NCBI GenBank assembly: GCA_017559955.1
Contig: JAFYPQ010000006.1
Location: forward strand, 1,362 to 65,361
Direction of reading: 5' to 3'
Source of the DNA: Bacteroidales bacterium
Lineage (GTDB): Bacteria > Bacteroidota > Bacteroidia > Bacteroidales > G3-4614
Length of the DNA stretch: 64,000 nucleotides
The notes under the pieces were generated by a model. The model worked only from the letters and a program-made list of their open reading frames with translations, was not told the DNA's origin and did not search any database. The translations under genes and the position numbers were made by a program. Shown here one piece after another: positions 8,952 through 19,892 of the stretch (position 1 is its first letter; each line of letters opens with the position of its first letter).

Positions 8952-10997
8952 TTAATCGTTATACGAATCTAAAGCAGAGTAATCTTTTGCGTAGCGAAGC
9001 ATTTGTTCGGCATAGCCCTCGTTATAGCTTACCTCTACATCTACAATATTACCCTCTGCATCTTCAACCAATGAGAATTTTGGATTTACAAATCCTTTGT
9101 ATGGTGCTAAGTTAAGAGCTTTGTAACGCTCCAATACCTCTTTGTGAAGTTCAAGGTCAACTTTAACAGCATACTTCTCAACTAAAGCTTTTCCTGCTTC
9201 GTAATCTCCTTCCGATTTTATGCGTTGTATTTCTGCGAGAAGTTTTCCGAACAAGCCACGAAGTTTGTCATAATCGTTGATTTTTACATAGCTCTTGCCA
9301 TCGATTTTTTCAATTGAAATTACATTATCGGCAGCACCGTTCTCCAAACACCATTTAGCAATAAGTTGACGGTTACGCATATGCGACTCCTCAATATCGT
9401 TGCCCAATTCGATGCGTGTTAATTGAGTCATCAATCCATTCATAATGTAAGAGTAGTAATTTGCTTTGTAAGCCTCTTTGTCAGGAAGTAGACCTAACTC
9501 CATAATTTTGGGATCTGACATATAATACATAGCAAATAGGTCGGCACGAGTCTCCTCCAAAGTAGATGCATACGATTTCAATGCATCAGAATCAACTCCG
9601 GGAAGAAGTTTTCCAGAACCGTGTCCAAGACATTCGTGAAGGTCGGTATGTAAGTTGTCTGAGACAAAACCATATTTATTCATTATTTCACGTGTAGCCT
9701 CATCAATAACGAACTCTTCTTTGAACCCATTACCTAATGCCGCTTGGTCGTATGCATAAGTGATATTTTCAATAGTTACCGATTTTGAACCGTAATCTCT
9801 GCGAATCCAATCTGCATTTGGAAGGTTGATACCTATAGGTGTGCTTGGATAGCAATCACCACCTAACATTGCAACAGTAATAACTTTTGCTGTTACTCCT
9901 TTAACGGTCTCTTTCTTAAATCTGGGGTCAACAGGTGAGTTATCCTCAAACCATTGTGCATTTGCACTAATTGTTTCGGTGCGAGCAGATGCTTCTATAT
10001 TTTTAAAGTTTATTGATGCTTCCCAACTTGCTTTTAGTCCAAGAGGATCTCCATATACTTCGGTAAATCCACAAACGAAGTCAACATTTCCGCCTAACTC
10101 TTGAACCCACGCTACTGCATATTCGTCAAATGTTTTAAGGTCGCCGGTTTTGTTGAACTCGATTAGTAAATCTATAACGTTACGTTGCTCGTCATTTTCA
10201 GCTACATCTTTTGCCAATTCCAACCAATATACAATTCTTTCAAGAGCCTTTGTGTAACGTCCGCCAATTTTGTAAACCTCCTCATAAATTTTACCATCAC
10301 GTTTAACCAAACGGCTGTTTAATCCGTATGATATAGGTTGGTTATCGTTGGGTTTACGCATTTTTGCATAAAAATCTTCAGCCTCTTTTTGGGTTACACC
10401 ATCATAATAGTTCCCTGCCGATGTTTGAACCAAATCTTCTCCGGCAGCCAAGTTTACTCGTTTTGGCATAACCTCTTTATCAAAGATTACAGGAGTAAGT
10501 TCTGCAATTAGTTCGTCAACTGATGAGCCTTCTCTTACTGGAAGTTGTGCAGGGTCAACGGCTTTAACTTGCTCAGCAAAGAATTCTTGTGAAAATCCCG
10601 GAACAAATTTATCAGTTGCATAGTGGTGGTGAATACCATTTGAGAACCATACTCGTTTTAGGTAAACAACAAACTCTTTGTAATCGGCATTCTCTTTGTC
10701 TCCGTTGTAGTTGTTATAAACTGCCTCCAAAGTACGACGAATAGCAAGATTGTATTTACCGTTTTGATCGAAAAGAATATCACGTCCCTCTTGTGCAGCC
10801 TCAGTCAAGTAGTAGATATAAAGCTTTTGATTTAAAGACAATTCTTCAAATCCGGGGACTTGATAACGAAGAATTTGTAAGTCGGCAAATTTGTCCACGT
10901 TGTAATTAAATTTAGTCTCTTCGCTTTGTTTAGAGCAACTTATTAAACTTGCACCAAACAGAAGAGCGGTTGTTGTAATTAAAAATAATTTTCTCAT
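8952..10997 (-). CDS. Dipeptidyl peptidase III (peptidase M49), probable lipoprotein
   Basis: HECLGHGSG zinc motif, EETRAD second motif, GINLPN; lipobox LISC. Confidence 0.93.
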   Translation of the reverse strand: MRKLFLITTTALLFGASLISCSKQSEETKFNYNVDKFADLQILRYQVPGFEELSLNQKLYIYYLTEAAQEGRDILFDQNGKYNLAIRRTLEAVYNNYNGDKENADYKEFVVYLKRVWFSNGIHHHYATDKFVPGFSQEFFAEQVKAVDPAQLPVREGSSVDELIAELTPVIFDKEVMPKRVNLAAGEDLVQTSAGNYYDGVTQKEAEDFYAKMRKPNDNQPISYGLNSRLVKRDGKIYEEVYKIGGRYTKALERIVYWLELAKDVAENDEQRNVIDLLIEFNKTGDLKTFDEYAVAWVQELGGNVDFVCGFTEVYGDPLGLKASWEASINFKNIEASARTETISANAQWFEDNSPVDPRFKKETVKGVTAKVITVAMLGGDCYPSTPIGINLPNADWIRRDYGSKSVTIENITYAYDQAALGNGFKEEFVIDEATREIMNKYGFVSDNLHTDLHECLGHGSGKLLPGVDSDALKSYASTLEETRADLFAMYYMSDPKIMELGLLPDKEAYKANYYSYIMNGLMTQLTRIELGNDIEESHMRNRQLIAKWCLENGAADNVISIEKIDGKSYVKINDYDKLRGLFGKLLAEIQRIKSEGDYEAGKALVEKYAVKVDLELHKEVLERYKALNLAPYKGFVNPKFSLVEDAEGNIVDVEVSYNEGYAEQMLRYAKDYSALDSYND

Positions 10998-11023
10998 TTC
11001 CTATTTTATTTATTATTAATTGT

Positions 11024-12208
11024 TTATTCAACATAAAGAACCAAACCTTTCAAATATTCACCTTCTGGGTGGTATATATTGATTGGGTGGTCGGCTGGTT
11101 GGGTAAGTTGGTGTAGAATTCTAACATTTCTGCCCGACATTGCAGCCGCACTGAAAACAGCCAAACGGAATTGCTCTTTTGTTACTACTTGAGAGCAAGA
11201 GAATGTAAATAGAATTCCTCCCGGTTTGATTTTTTCAAATGCCTTTGCGTTTAGCCTTTTATAGCCTTGAAGTGCATTATGAAGTGCACTTCTGTGTTTT
11301 GCAAATGCTGGGGGATCAAGTATTATTAAATCATAGTTTTCTCCCATTTCGTCCAGATACTTGAATGCATCTTTTACGTATGCTTCGTGTCTTTCATCGT
11401 TAGGGAAGTTCATCTCGACATTTTTCTTTGTTAAATCAATGGCTTTTGCCGAGCTATCTACCGAGTGAACTAATTCTGCTCCACCTCTCATAGCATAGAA
11501 CGAAAATCCACCGGTATAGCAGAACATATTCAGTACTTTACGATTTTTAGCATACTTTTCAAGTAGAGCTCTGTTGTCTCTTTGATCAACAAAGAATCCA
11601 GTTTTTTGACCTTTAAGCCAATCCACATAAAATTTCAATCCGTTTTCTACTGCTACATTTCCTTTGTACGAGCCTCTTATATAGTCGTTTTGAGGATCTA
11701 ATTGAGCTTTATAGGGAAGGGTAGTGTCAGATTTGTAATATACTTCTGTAATTACACCAGCCATTACCTCCATTAATGCATCTGCAATAATTTCTCTTGC
11801 AAAGTGCATACCGGGAGAGTGGGCTTGCATTACGGCAGTAGTATCATATATGTCAATAATAAGACCGGGTAAGAAATCTCCTTCTCCGTGTATAAGTCTG
11901 AAACAATTGCTCTTCTCGGTGCCAGCAATTCCGTAAGCCAGACGTAAATCGTAAGCACTTGCCAATCGTTTTTTATAGAAATCGAAGTCTATTTCAACCT
12001 CTTTAAAAGATAATATTCTTACAGCAATACTACCTATTTGATAGTGTCCTGTTGCTGCATAATCTCCATTATTAAAATATACATCTACTACGTCGCCTTC
12101 TTCGGGTTCGCCTATCACTTTCGCAATGGCTCCCGAAAATATCCATGGATGCATTCTTAATAATGAATCTTCCTTTTTTGGCTTTAAAATTATTTTTGTT
12201 TTGTTCAT
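11024..12208 (-). CDS. rlmI: RlmI/RlmK-type SAM-dependent rRNA m5C methyltransferase
   Basis: HPWIFSGAI, GEGDFLPGL, GQKTGFFVDQRDNR, FCYTGGFS, DPPAF, FSCS, EGEYLK. Confidence 0.85.
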   Translation of the reverse strand: MNKTKIILKPKKEDSLLRMHPWIFSGAIAKVIGEPEEGDVVDVYFNNGDYAATGHYQIGSIAVRILSFKEVEIDFDFYKKRLASAYDLRLAYGIAGTEKSNCFRLIHGEGDFLPGLIIDIYDTTAVMQAHSPGMHFAREIIADALMEVMAGVITEVYYKSDTTLPYKAQLDPQNDYIRGSYKGNVAVENGLKFYVDWLKGQKTGFFVDQRDNRALLEKYAKNRKVLNMFCYTGGFSFYAMRGGAELVHSVDSSAKAIDLTKKNVEMNFPNDERHEAYVKDAFKYLDEMGENYDLIILDPPAFAKHRSALHNALQGYKRLNAKAFEKIKPGGILFTFSCSQVVTKEQFRLAVFSAAAMSGRNVRILHQLTQPADHPINIYHPEGEYLKGLVLYVE

Positions 12209-12212
12209 ATTC

Positions 12213-13535
12213 CTAATTAAATAGTCTTATAATGTCGTTTGCATTGGCGTATATAAGTAATAAAATCAATAGAATCATACCTGCGGTTTGAGCATATTCC
12301 ATAAATTTCATACTTGGTTTGCGACGAACAATAACTTCATATAACAAGAATAGTACATGACCTCCGTCCAATGCCGGAATTGGTAAAATGTTCATAAAGG
12401 CTAAGATTACCGACAAAAATGCAGTCATCTTCCAAAAAGCCTCCCAATCCCAAGATGATGGGAATATGCTACCAATTGTTCCAAATCCACCAATACTTGA
12501 AGCTCCCTCTTTTGTAAACACATATTTAAAATCACTTACATATCCGGTAAGAGTCTCAAATCCCTCTTTAACACCAACAGGTATTGCTTCAAAGAATGAA
12601 TAGGTCTCAACTTTTAGATCGTAAACTTCTGTTATTGGTTGTAATTGTATCCCTAATTTCTTGTCATCACTTAGTTTTACTTTAACAAAATTTGTTTTCT
12701 TATTTTGTTGATAACATACAGTTACACTATCGCCGGGAGCACATTCATCAAGAATTTTAAATAATTGAGATATATCTTCAGTGAGTTTATAATTGACTGA
12801 TATAATTTTTGAGTCTTTTGTAATACCTGCCTGTTCAGCTCCTCCTCCGCTAATTAAATCAGCAACAACAGGTCTTATTCTATAATCGGCAAAACCCTCT
12901 TTCGATGCGATTAAGCTCTCCATAAAATTCTCTGGTATATTAACTATAGCAGTGCCATTATGGCGTAAAACCTTTACCTCTTTTGCATCAGCAATCATTC
13001 TTAATGTTTTACCATCGAGAGCTTTAAAATCTTTGCCATCAGCACTTAAAAGAATATCGCCATTCATAAAGCCTGCATCTAATGCTGTTTGACTGAATGT
13101 AAAACCGCTCGATACATTTTGTACGGGTATGTAGCTTTTACCCCAAGTAAATGCAATCATTATGTATATTAACAGAGCAAGAATGAAATTAAATAATACT
13201 CCGCCTATCATTATCAAAAGACGTTGCCATGCTGGTTTTGAACGAAACTCCCAAGGCTGTTCAGGTTGTTTCATTTGTTCTTTGTCCATCGATTCGTCAA
13301 TCATACCGGCTATTTTAACATAACCTCCTAATGGCAACCACCCGATACCATATTCGGTTTCGCTTTTTTTAGGTCTGAATTTGAATAGTGAGAACCATGG
13401 ATTAAAGAATAGATAAAATTTTTCAACTCTAACTTTAAATAGTCTTGCAAATAGGAAATGTCCGAATTCGTGGACAATAACCAATAGCGATAAACTCATT
13501 ATAAGTTGTAGAGCCTTAATAAGAAAAGTTTCCAT
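12213..13535 (-). CDS. rseP: RIP metalloprotease RseP
   Basis: HEFGH, LPLGGYV, PDZ region, NILPIPALDGGH; follows dxr. Confidence 0.95.
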   Translation of the reverse strand: METFLIKALQLIMSLSLLVIVHEFGHFLFARLFKVRVEKFYLFFNPWFSLFKFRPKKSETEYGIGWLPLGGYVKIAGMIDESMDKEQMKQPEQPWEFRSKPAWQRLLIMIGGVLFNFILALLIYIMIAFTWGKSYIPVQNVSSGFTFSQTALDAGFMNGDILLSADGKDFKALDGKTLRMIADAKEVKVLRHNGTAIVNIPENFMESLIASKEGFADYRIRPVVADLISGGGAEQAGITKDSKIISVNYKLTEDISQLFKILDECAPGDSVTVCYQQNKKTNFVKVKLSDDKKLGIQLQPITEVYDLKVETYSFFEAIPVGVKEGFETLTGYVSDFKYVFTKEGASSIGGFGTIGSIFPSSWDWEAFWKMTAFLSVILAFMNILPIPALDGGHVLFLLYEVIVRRKPSMKFMEYAQTAGMILLILLLIYANANDIIRLFN

Positions 13536-13540
13536 TTGTA

Positions 13541-14698
13541 TTATAAATTTTTAATTAATTCTTTGGTATAAATTCGTGTTATTTTATCACTCTCCACATA
13601 ATCTTCATAAATGGGAGTATCAATAAAATCTATTCTCTCCATTGCCGAAGATGCTAATTTTGGAATATCTGTAAATTTTATTTTTTCATCTAAAAATGCT
13701 GCTACGGCAATTTCGTTTGCTGCATTTAATATACAAGGCATATTACCACCTTTTTCTATTGCATCGTATGCAAATTTAAGCATAGGGAAACGCTCTGTAT
13801 CAGGTTTTTCGAATGTCATATTCGAATAGTTGTTGAGTGTTAGCTTCTCTCCTCCAAAATCAACTCGTTTGGGGTATGTAAATGCATATGCAATAGGTAG
13901 TTTCATATCTGGGACTCCTAATTGGGCTTTAACTGCTCCATCTTCAAATTGAACCATCGAATGAATGATGGATTGAGGATGCACTATAACTTCGACTTGT
14001 TGAGGTGTTACTCCAAACAACCATTTTGCCTCAATCATTTCAAAACCTTTATTCATCATTGAAGCAGAGTCGATTGTTATTTTAGCTCCCATAACCCAGT
14101 TAGGATGTTTAAGAGCATCAGCTTTTGTAACAAATTCTAACTGTTCAGAACTATATCTTAAAAATGGTCCGCCGGATGCAGTAAGAATTATTTTGTCAAT
14201 TTTATTATACTCTTCACCTGTTAAACATTGAAAAATAGCAGAGTGTTCCGAATCAACAGGTATAATCTCGGATCTATACTCAATAGCAAGTTTTGTAATT
14301 AATTCTCCTGCAACAACAAGAGTCTCTTTATTGGCGAGTGCAATTTTTTTTCCAGCTTTAATTGCTCTTATAGTAGGACGTAATCCCGAATATCCCATCA
14401 TTGCTGTTAAAACAATATCTATCGGGCCTGCTTCAACCGATTCGGCAATTGCTTCATCTCCTGCATATACCTTTATAGGCAAATCTTTTAATGCATCGCT
14501 TACTGTTTGATATAGAGCATCATTCGCAATAACAACGGTATCGGGTAAAAATTTACGAGCCTGTTCTATTAGCAGTTCGGCACTATTGTTTGCAGTTATA
14601 GTATGAACCTCGAACATTTCAGGGAATGCTTCTATAACTTCAAGAGCTTGTCTCCCTATCGAGCCTGTTGAGCCTAATATTGCTATTTGTTTCTTCAT
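13541..14698 (-). CDS. dxr: 1-deoxy-D-xylulose 5-phosphate reductoisomerase
   Basis: LGSTGSIG, LANKE, PVDSEHSAIFQ, TASGGPF, HPNWVMGAKITIDSA, NAANE. Confidence 0.98.
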   Translation of the reverse strand: MKKQIAILGSTGSIGRQALEVIEAFPEMFEVHTITANNSAELLIEQARKFLPDTVVIANDALYQTVSDALKDLPIKVYAGDEAIAESVEAGPIDIVLTAMMGYSGLRPTIRAIKAGKKIALANKETLVVAGELITKLAIEYRSEIIPVDSEHSAIFQCLTGEEYNKIDKIILTASGGPFLRYSSEQLEFVTKADALKHPNWVMGAKITIDSASMMNKGFEMIEAKWLFGVTPQQVEVIVHPQSIIHSMVQFEDGAVKAQLGVPDMKLPIAYAFTYPKRVDFGGEKLTLNNYSNMTFEKPDTERFPMLKFAYDAIEKGGNMPCILNAANEIAVAAFLDEKIKFTDIPKLASSAMERIDFIDTPIYEDYVESDKITRIYTKELIKNL

Positions 14699-14909
14699 CG
14701 CTTAAATTCAACTACTTTTTGTACTTTTATTCTTAAGTACACATCAATTTGCAAATTTACAAAAAAATGATGAAAATTCTATGTGGTTTTCGTTAAATAG
14801 TAACATAATTCTCTTTCTTAAACAAAAGATGAGAAAAGCAGAATATTGAAAAGAATTATATTTGAATAACTTCAGAAAAAAGAACACAGAGGAAAAGTAT
14901 AAAGCCTTA

Positions 14910-16988
14910 TTATTTTATAATATATGCCCCTTTCTCTTTAATATTGTAGTATGGTATCTTTAGGGCTTTACACTCTTTTATAATTGATTTGCTTTTAAAA
15001 TAATTTACATTTGAAGTAATAATAATCTCTTCAAAGATAAACATATCTGTCAGTTTAGTTATCGAGCCTGTAAATCCATTGCAAATTATTGCTTTATCAA
15101 CAAATAACCTTTTGCCGTAATCTAATTTTTTATCTTCAAACTCTTTAGAGTTTAATATTAAATATTTTTCTCCCTTATAGTCGATGTATGGTAATGAAAC
15201 TGTTAGGGCTTTATCTCTAATTGAGTCATTTATGAATTTAGCTTCTGGAAGAGCCTCCTTAATCCAAAAATCTTTACCCATAAGTTTAATCTTCTCTTCA
15301 ATGCACGAAGTGTCAATGGTTAATACGTAATTATATTTTTCGTCAACAAAATTTACGGCAGTAATTCTATTGTCATCATATATAATTGCTTTATAATTAT
15401 CTTTATTTATAGTTATACACTTTTCTAATATAGTAAATGCTGAAACAAAAATCAGTAAAAAAATTACCAATTCGCTTCTTTTGCTTTTAATTGCCCATAG
15501 CCCCCCAAAAATTATTATATAGATAACTACCAAATAATAAGCTTTAATGTCGATATTATCAATAGAGGAGTAGGGTATTGATGTTGAGTATTGAGCTATT
15601 TTGTCGATATAACCAAATAGATGGTCGGTAGTGTTTGTGAATAGTGAATATTGGATAATTATTGCCAATATTGCAGAAATGGCAACAACAGGTAAAATAG
15701 GAATTACTAATAAATTTGTTATCAATCCAATAATTGGCAATTGGTGGAAATAGTAGATTGATAATGGCAGTGTCCCAATTTGTGCGGCTAAAGTAACTGC
15801 CATGATTGACGACAGATAGTTGGTTAATTTGTTTTTATGTGGTAAATATGAGAATATAAAAGGGTAGATATAAAATATAGAAAATACAGCGATGAAACTT
15901 AATTGAAAACTTGTATTATATATGTAATTAGGGTTATATATGAGCATAAATAGAGCTGCGGCAAGAAGAGAATTTATTGTAGTGCCTTTTCGGTTAATTA
16001 CTTCGCCGAAAAGAACAAAACTTGCCATTATAGTAGCTCTTATTGCCGAGGGAGGAAAGCCTATAACAAACAGATATGCCCATAATATTAATAATGTAAT
16101 CAGAGGCCTTATTCGTGATAGCTTAATCCATTTTAGAGGGTATAGCATAAGAAATATTATAAGACCGATAATTCCTATATGCAAACCACTTACAGCAAGT
16201 ATGTGTGATAATCCCGATGAAAAATAACTGCTACGCATCTCTTTTGACAATAAGGAGGTATCTCCTAAAATCATTGCGGAGATTAATGCTTTTGTTGAAT
16301 TACTTACATTAAGGTTTGTAATGTTAGTATGTATTCTTTTTCTTATTTCTGTCGATTTATTTATTAATGAGTTTTGATCATGATGGTCGATTAATCTCCA
16401 TTCGTTGTATGGAATGTATTGAGAATAATAAAATCCCTCTCTCTCAAGAGTTGTAGAATAGCTATATGAAGATGGATTTTTTGAAAACTTTATAGGTTGC
16501 AGATTTTGTTCAAATATAATTATGTCGCCCTGGCATAGGTTCTTAGATAATGAGTCCTGCTGAATATACAAAACGACATTAAAATCTTTGTTTAGTTTCT
16601 CCTCTCCATTTAACTTAATTACTAAAGCCTTACACTCTACCGAATGTTGTTTAATCTCTATCTCTTCTGAAATTTGAGCAATAGCATAATCTCTGACTTC
16701 GGGTAGTTTTGTATGATGCACAGACGATAATTGGGCATCTATAGCTCCGAATGCAACGAATAGCGATAAGGTTGCATAAGCAAAATATTTTCTTCTTACG
16801 AATTTAGTTTTCGGTAATATCGCATTTTTATAGTAAAAGAATAGAATTGTTGACAACAAGGCAAACGGCAAAGCAATATAGTATCCTTCGCCTAATATTG
16901 TTTGTAAAAGAATTCCTATAACAAACGATATTAAATATTTAAGAAAAGGGGCTTCAGATAGCTTCAGAAACCCCTCTTTGTTTGCCAT
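14910..16988 (-). CDS. comEC: ComEC/Rec2 family competence membrane protein
   Basis: GLSHILAVSGLHIG, SAIRA, SFQLSF; many transmembrane segments. Confidence 0.9.
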   Translation of the reverse strand: MANKEGFLKLSEAPFLKYLISFVIGILLQTILGEGYYIALPFALLSTILFFYYKNAILPKTKFVRRKYFAYATLSLFVAFGAIDAQLSSVHHTKLPEVRDYAIAQISEEIEIKQHSVECKALVIKLNGEEKLNKDFNVVLYIQQDSLSKNLCQGDIIIFEQNLQPIKFSKNPSSYSYSTTLEREGFYYSQYIPYNEWRLIDHHDQNSLINKSTEIRKRIHTNITNLNVSNSTKALISAMILGDTSLLSKEMRSSYFSSGLSHILAVSGLHIGIIGLIIFLMLYPLKWIKLSRIRPLITLLILWAYLFVIGFPPSAIRATIMASFVLFGEVINRKGTTINSLLAAALFMLIYNPNYIYNTSFQLSFIAVFSIFYIYPFIFSYLPHKNKLTNYLSSIMAVTLAAQIGTLPLSIYYFHQLPIIGLITNLLVIPILPVVAISAILAIIIQYSLFTNTTDHLFGYIDKIAQYSTSIPYSSIDNIDIKAYYLVVIYIIIFGGLWAIKSKRSELVIFLLIFVSAFTILEKCITINKDNYKAIIYDDNRITAVNFVDEKYNYVLTIDTSCIEEKIKLMGKDFWIKEALPEAKFINDSIRDKALTVSLPYIDYKGEKYLILNSKEFEDKKLDYGKRLFVDKAIICNGFTGSITKLTDMFIFEEIIITSNVNYFKSKSIIKECKALKIPYYNIKEKGAYIIK

Positions 16989-17014
16989 AATGTTATTAAT
17001 TAATATTTGCTTTA

Positions 17015-17662
17015 CTATAAACTTTTTAATGCTGCAATTGTCTCAATCGGATTTTCTGATTTAAAAACAAAGTTGCCTGCAACAAGAGCATCAGCACCTG
17101 CATCTATCACAAGTTTTCCGGTTTCCAAATTAATACCACCATCAACCTCTATTAATGCCGATGAGCCTTTCTTTAAAATCAACTCTTTTAATTCTGCGAC
17201 TTTATTTACAGTATTAGGTATAAATTTTTGTCCGCCAAATCCAGGATTTACAGACATTAATAATATCATATCTAAATCTTCTACAACATCTTGTAAAAGC
17301 GATACAGGAGTATGAGGATTTAGGGTAACTGCTGCCTTCATTCCCGCTTCTTTAATTTGTTGAATCGAACGATGAAGGTGAGTAGATACCTCATAGTGAA
17401 TATTCATTAAATAGGCGTTGCTGTTTTTTACCTCTTTAACAAACTTCATCGGGTCAACAATCATTAAGTGTACGTCAAGAGGTTTTGTTGATAATTTTTT
17501 TACATAATCTAAAACAGGGAATCCAAATGATATATTGGGAACAAATACTCCGTCCATAACGTCAATGTGAAGCCAATCAGCATCACTTTTATTAACCATT
17601 TCGATAGATGATGCTAAATTCCCAAAATCAGCAGATAGTAATGAGGGTGCAATTATTGCCAT
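17015..17662 (-). CDS. rpe: Ribulose-phosphate 3-epimerase
   Basis: APSLLSADF, HIDVMDGVFVPN, DVHLM, MSVNPGFGGQ, VDGG. Confidence 0.98.
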   Translation of the reverse strand: MAIIAPSLLSADFGNLASSIEMVNKSDADWLHIDVMDGVFVPNISFGFPVLDYVKKLSTKPLDVHLMIVDPMKFVKEVKNSNAYLMNIHYEVSTHLHRSIQQIKEAGMKAAVTLNPHTPVSLLQDVVEDLDMILLMSVNPGFGGQKFIPNTVNKVAELKELILKKGSSALIEVDGGINLETGKLVIDAGADALVAGNFVFKSENPIETIAALKSL

Positions 17663-17760
17663 AATTATAAATAGTTTTTTTAATGTTTAATGTAAAAACT
17701 TTGTAAGCATTACAAAGGTAATAATTTTTTTATAATTATTTTCAGAAATAGAACAAAGCT

Positions 17761-17922
17761 TTAATTCAGTATAAAACCACCTGTTTCAGATATTGCATAG
17801 CCATTGCAGTTATAAACTCTTGCATAATTCATCAAAAAGGCAATAGTAGTTTCTTTGGGTGTAATTTGCTCTTTGCTTTTTATTGCAGTAGAATTGAGAG
17901 TAAATTTTTTCTTCATAGGCAT
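17761..17922 (-). CDS. Small hypothetical protein (53 aa) downstream of the ECF sigma factor
   Basis: Below the ORF-track cutoff: MPMKKKFTLNSTAIKSKEQITPKETTIAFLMNYARVYNCNGYAISETGGFILN; fills the gap between the sigma gene and rpe. Confidence 0.7.
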   Translation of the reverse strand: MPMKKKFTLNSTAIKSKEQITPKETTIAFLMNYARVYNCNGYAISETGGFILN

Positions 17923-18038
17923 CTTTTTATTGTTTATTAATAAACGTAATGTTTACGGCTTTATTGCATATAATAAAAAACAAGAAGGATTTAAGAAAAC
18001 CCTTCTTGTATATAATAAAAACGATATGTGCTATTTTT

Positions 18039-18629
18039 TTAGAAGAATAATTCAACTTTATTTTCTTCTGCCAATCTTCGCATATTTAATATTGCGTACC
18101 TCATACGTCCAAGAGCTGTATTTATGCTAACGTTGGTTGCATCGGCAATCTCTTTAAAACTCATATTTTTATAATATCTCATAACCAATACCTCTTTTTG
18201 GTTATCGGGTAGGGCTGCAACAAGTTTTCTGATATCCACTCTAACCTGAGATGAAATCATCGAATCTTCAACAGTACCTTCGCTTAATTCTTTTCTGTTG
18301 AATACATCAGGAGTCATATCACTATTCTGAATATGGTTCTCCGATTTTTCCTGACGATAGTGATCTATTATTAAATTATGAGCAATACGAGTTATCCAAG
18401 ATGAGAATTTACCTGATTCAACATATCTTCCTTGTTTAATCGTGGTAATTACCTTCACAAAAGTTTCTTGAAATATATCTTCTGCTAATTCTCTATCTTT
18501 GACAATATAGAATACGTATGAGTAGATGCGATTTTTGTGTCTGAGTAGTAAGACGTCAAAAGCACCATTATCTCCTTCCGAATACAATGCCACCAACTCT
18601 TCGTCGGTAAGCAAATTTAGATTTTTCAT
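18039..18629 (-). CDS. ECF-type sigma-70 factor
   Basis: AEDIFQETFVK, KFSSWITRIAHN, region 4 LPDNQKEVLVMRYYKNMSFKEIA, NTALGRMRYA. Confidence 0.92.
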   Translation of the reverse strand: MKNLNLLTDEELVALYSEGDNGAFDVLLLRHKNRIYSYVFYIVKDRELAEDIFQETFVKVITTIKQGRYVESGKFSSWITRIAHNLIIDHYRQEKSENHIQNSDMTPDVFNRKELSEGTVEDSMISSQVRVDIRKLVAALPDNQKEVLVMRYYKNMSFKEIADATNVSINTALGRMRYAILNMRRLAEENKVELFF

Positions 18630-18916
18630 CTGTAATCCTCTTTATAGTTTAAGAGTAGAAGTTTATTCGATAGGCGTGCTTTTTTATGATTAACTCCGCA
18701 AAGAAAAGTTATTTATATCATATTTACAAATATTCAATACAAAAAAAGTTTGTAACATAACAATTTTTAACATTTCTAGCACAATAAATCTTATAATTTC
18801 TAAAACCCTCCAAAGAAAGATGATAAATTAAAATAAAATTTATTATGTTATAATTCATAAATTTGTATTACTTTTGTTAAATCAGATAATTTATTAAACA
18901 CAAAATAAAAACTATT

Positions 18917-19816
18917 ATGAAACCAACTTTATTTGTATTGGCGGCAGGTATGGGAAGCCGTTATGGTTCCCTTAAACAGTTAGATGGATTAGGTCCCAAT
19001 GGCGAGACGATTATGGATTACTCAATCTTCGATGCAATTCGTGGAGGATTTGGTAAAGTTGTATTTGTAATTCGTCATTCATTTGCTGATGAATTTATTG
19101 AAAAAGTAGTTAACAAATACGCTCAAGTTATACCAACTGAAGTTGTATATCAAGAGTTGGATTGCTTACCCGAAGGATTTACCGTTCCTGAAGGACGTGA
19201 AAAACCATGGGGTACAAACCATGCTGTTATGATGGGTAAAGAGGTTATTAAAGAACCTTTTGCTGTTATTAATGCTGACGACTTTTATGGTCGTGAAAGT
19301 TTTGCCATCATTGCCGATTGGTTGTCAAAACAAGAGGGCGAAAATAAATATTGTATGGTCGGATATCGAGTGGGTAACACAATGAGCGAGAGCGGTACAG
19401 TATCTCGTGGTATTTGCGAAACAAACGAAGATAGCGAATTGACTTCTGTCGTTGAGCGTACTAAAATTGGATATTACAACGATGGTATTGCATTTAATGA
19501 GGGAGAAGAGTGGACTATGCTCGATCCAAATGTGCCAGTATCAATGAATATGTGGGGATTTACCCCTGACTACTTCAAATATTCAGATAAGATATTTGTT
19601 GATTTCTTGAAAAAGAACATGTCAAACTTGAAATCTGAGTTTTTCATTCCTTTAATCGTAAACGAACTTATTCAAACAAAACAAGCAACAGTTACAGTTC
19701 TTGATACACCTTCAAAATGGTTTGGTGTAACTTACGCTCAAGATCGTCCAGATGTAGTTGCTAAAATTCAATCTTTGGTTGACGCAGGAGAATATCCTTC
19801 ACCATTGTTTAAATAA
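18917..19816 (+). CDS. Nucleotidyltransferase (NTP-transferase/sugar-phosphate nucleotidyltransferase family)
   Basis: LAAGMGSRYG, KPWGT, VINADDFYG, VSMNMWGF, WFGVTY. Confidence 0.88.
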   Translation: MKPTLFVLAAGMGSRYGSLKQLDGLGPNGETIMDYSIFDAIRGGFGKVVFVIRHSFADEFIEKVVNKYAQVIPTEVVYQELDCLPEGFTVPEGREKPWGTNHAVMMGKEVIKEPFAVINADDFYGRESFAIIADWLSKQEGENKYCMVGYRVGNTMSESGTVSRGICETNEDSELTSVVERTKIGYYNDGIAFNEGEEWTMLDPNVPVSMNMWGFTPDYFKYSDKIFVDFLKKNMSNLKSEFFIPLIVNELIQTKQATVTVLDTPSKWFGVTYAQDRPDVVAKIQSLVDAGEYPSPLFK

Positions 19817-19840
19817 GATTTAGCAAACAGCAAAAAATAG

Positions 19841-19870
19841 GAGAGGGGAGTCCAATTGGATTCCCCTCTC
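19841..19870. terminator. Bidirectional terminator between the NTP-transferase gene and leuB
   Basis: gagaggggagtcc / ggattcccctctc inverted repeat between convergent genes. Confidence 0.85.
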
Positions 19871-19892
19871 TTCGTAATAATATTAAACTTGA

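Noticed and set aside
14910-16988. comEC as evidence of natural competence
   Set aside because: ComEC homologs are widespread in non-transformable Bacteroidota, and no other competence genes are in the window.
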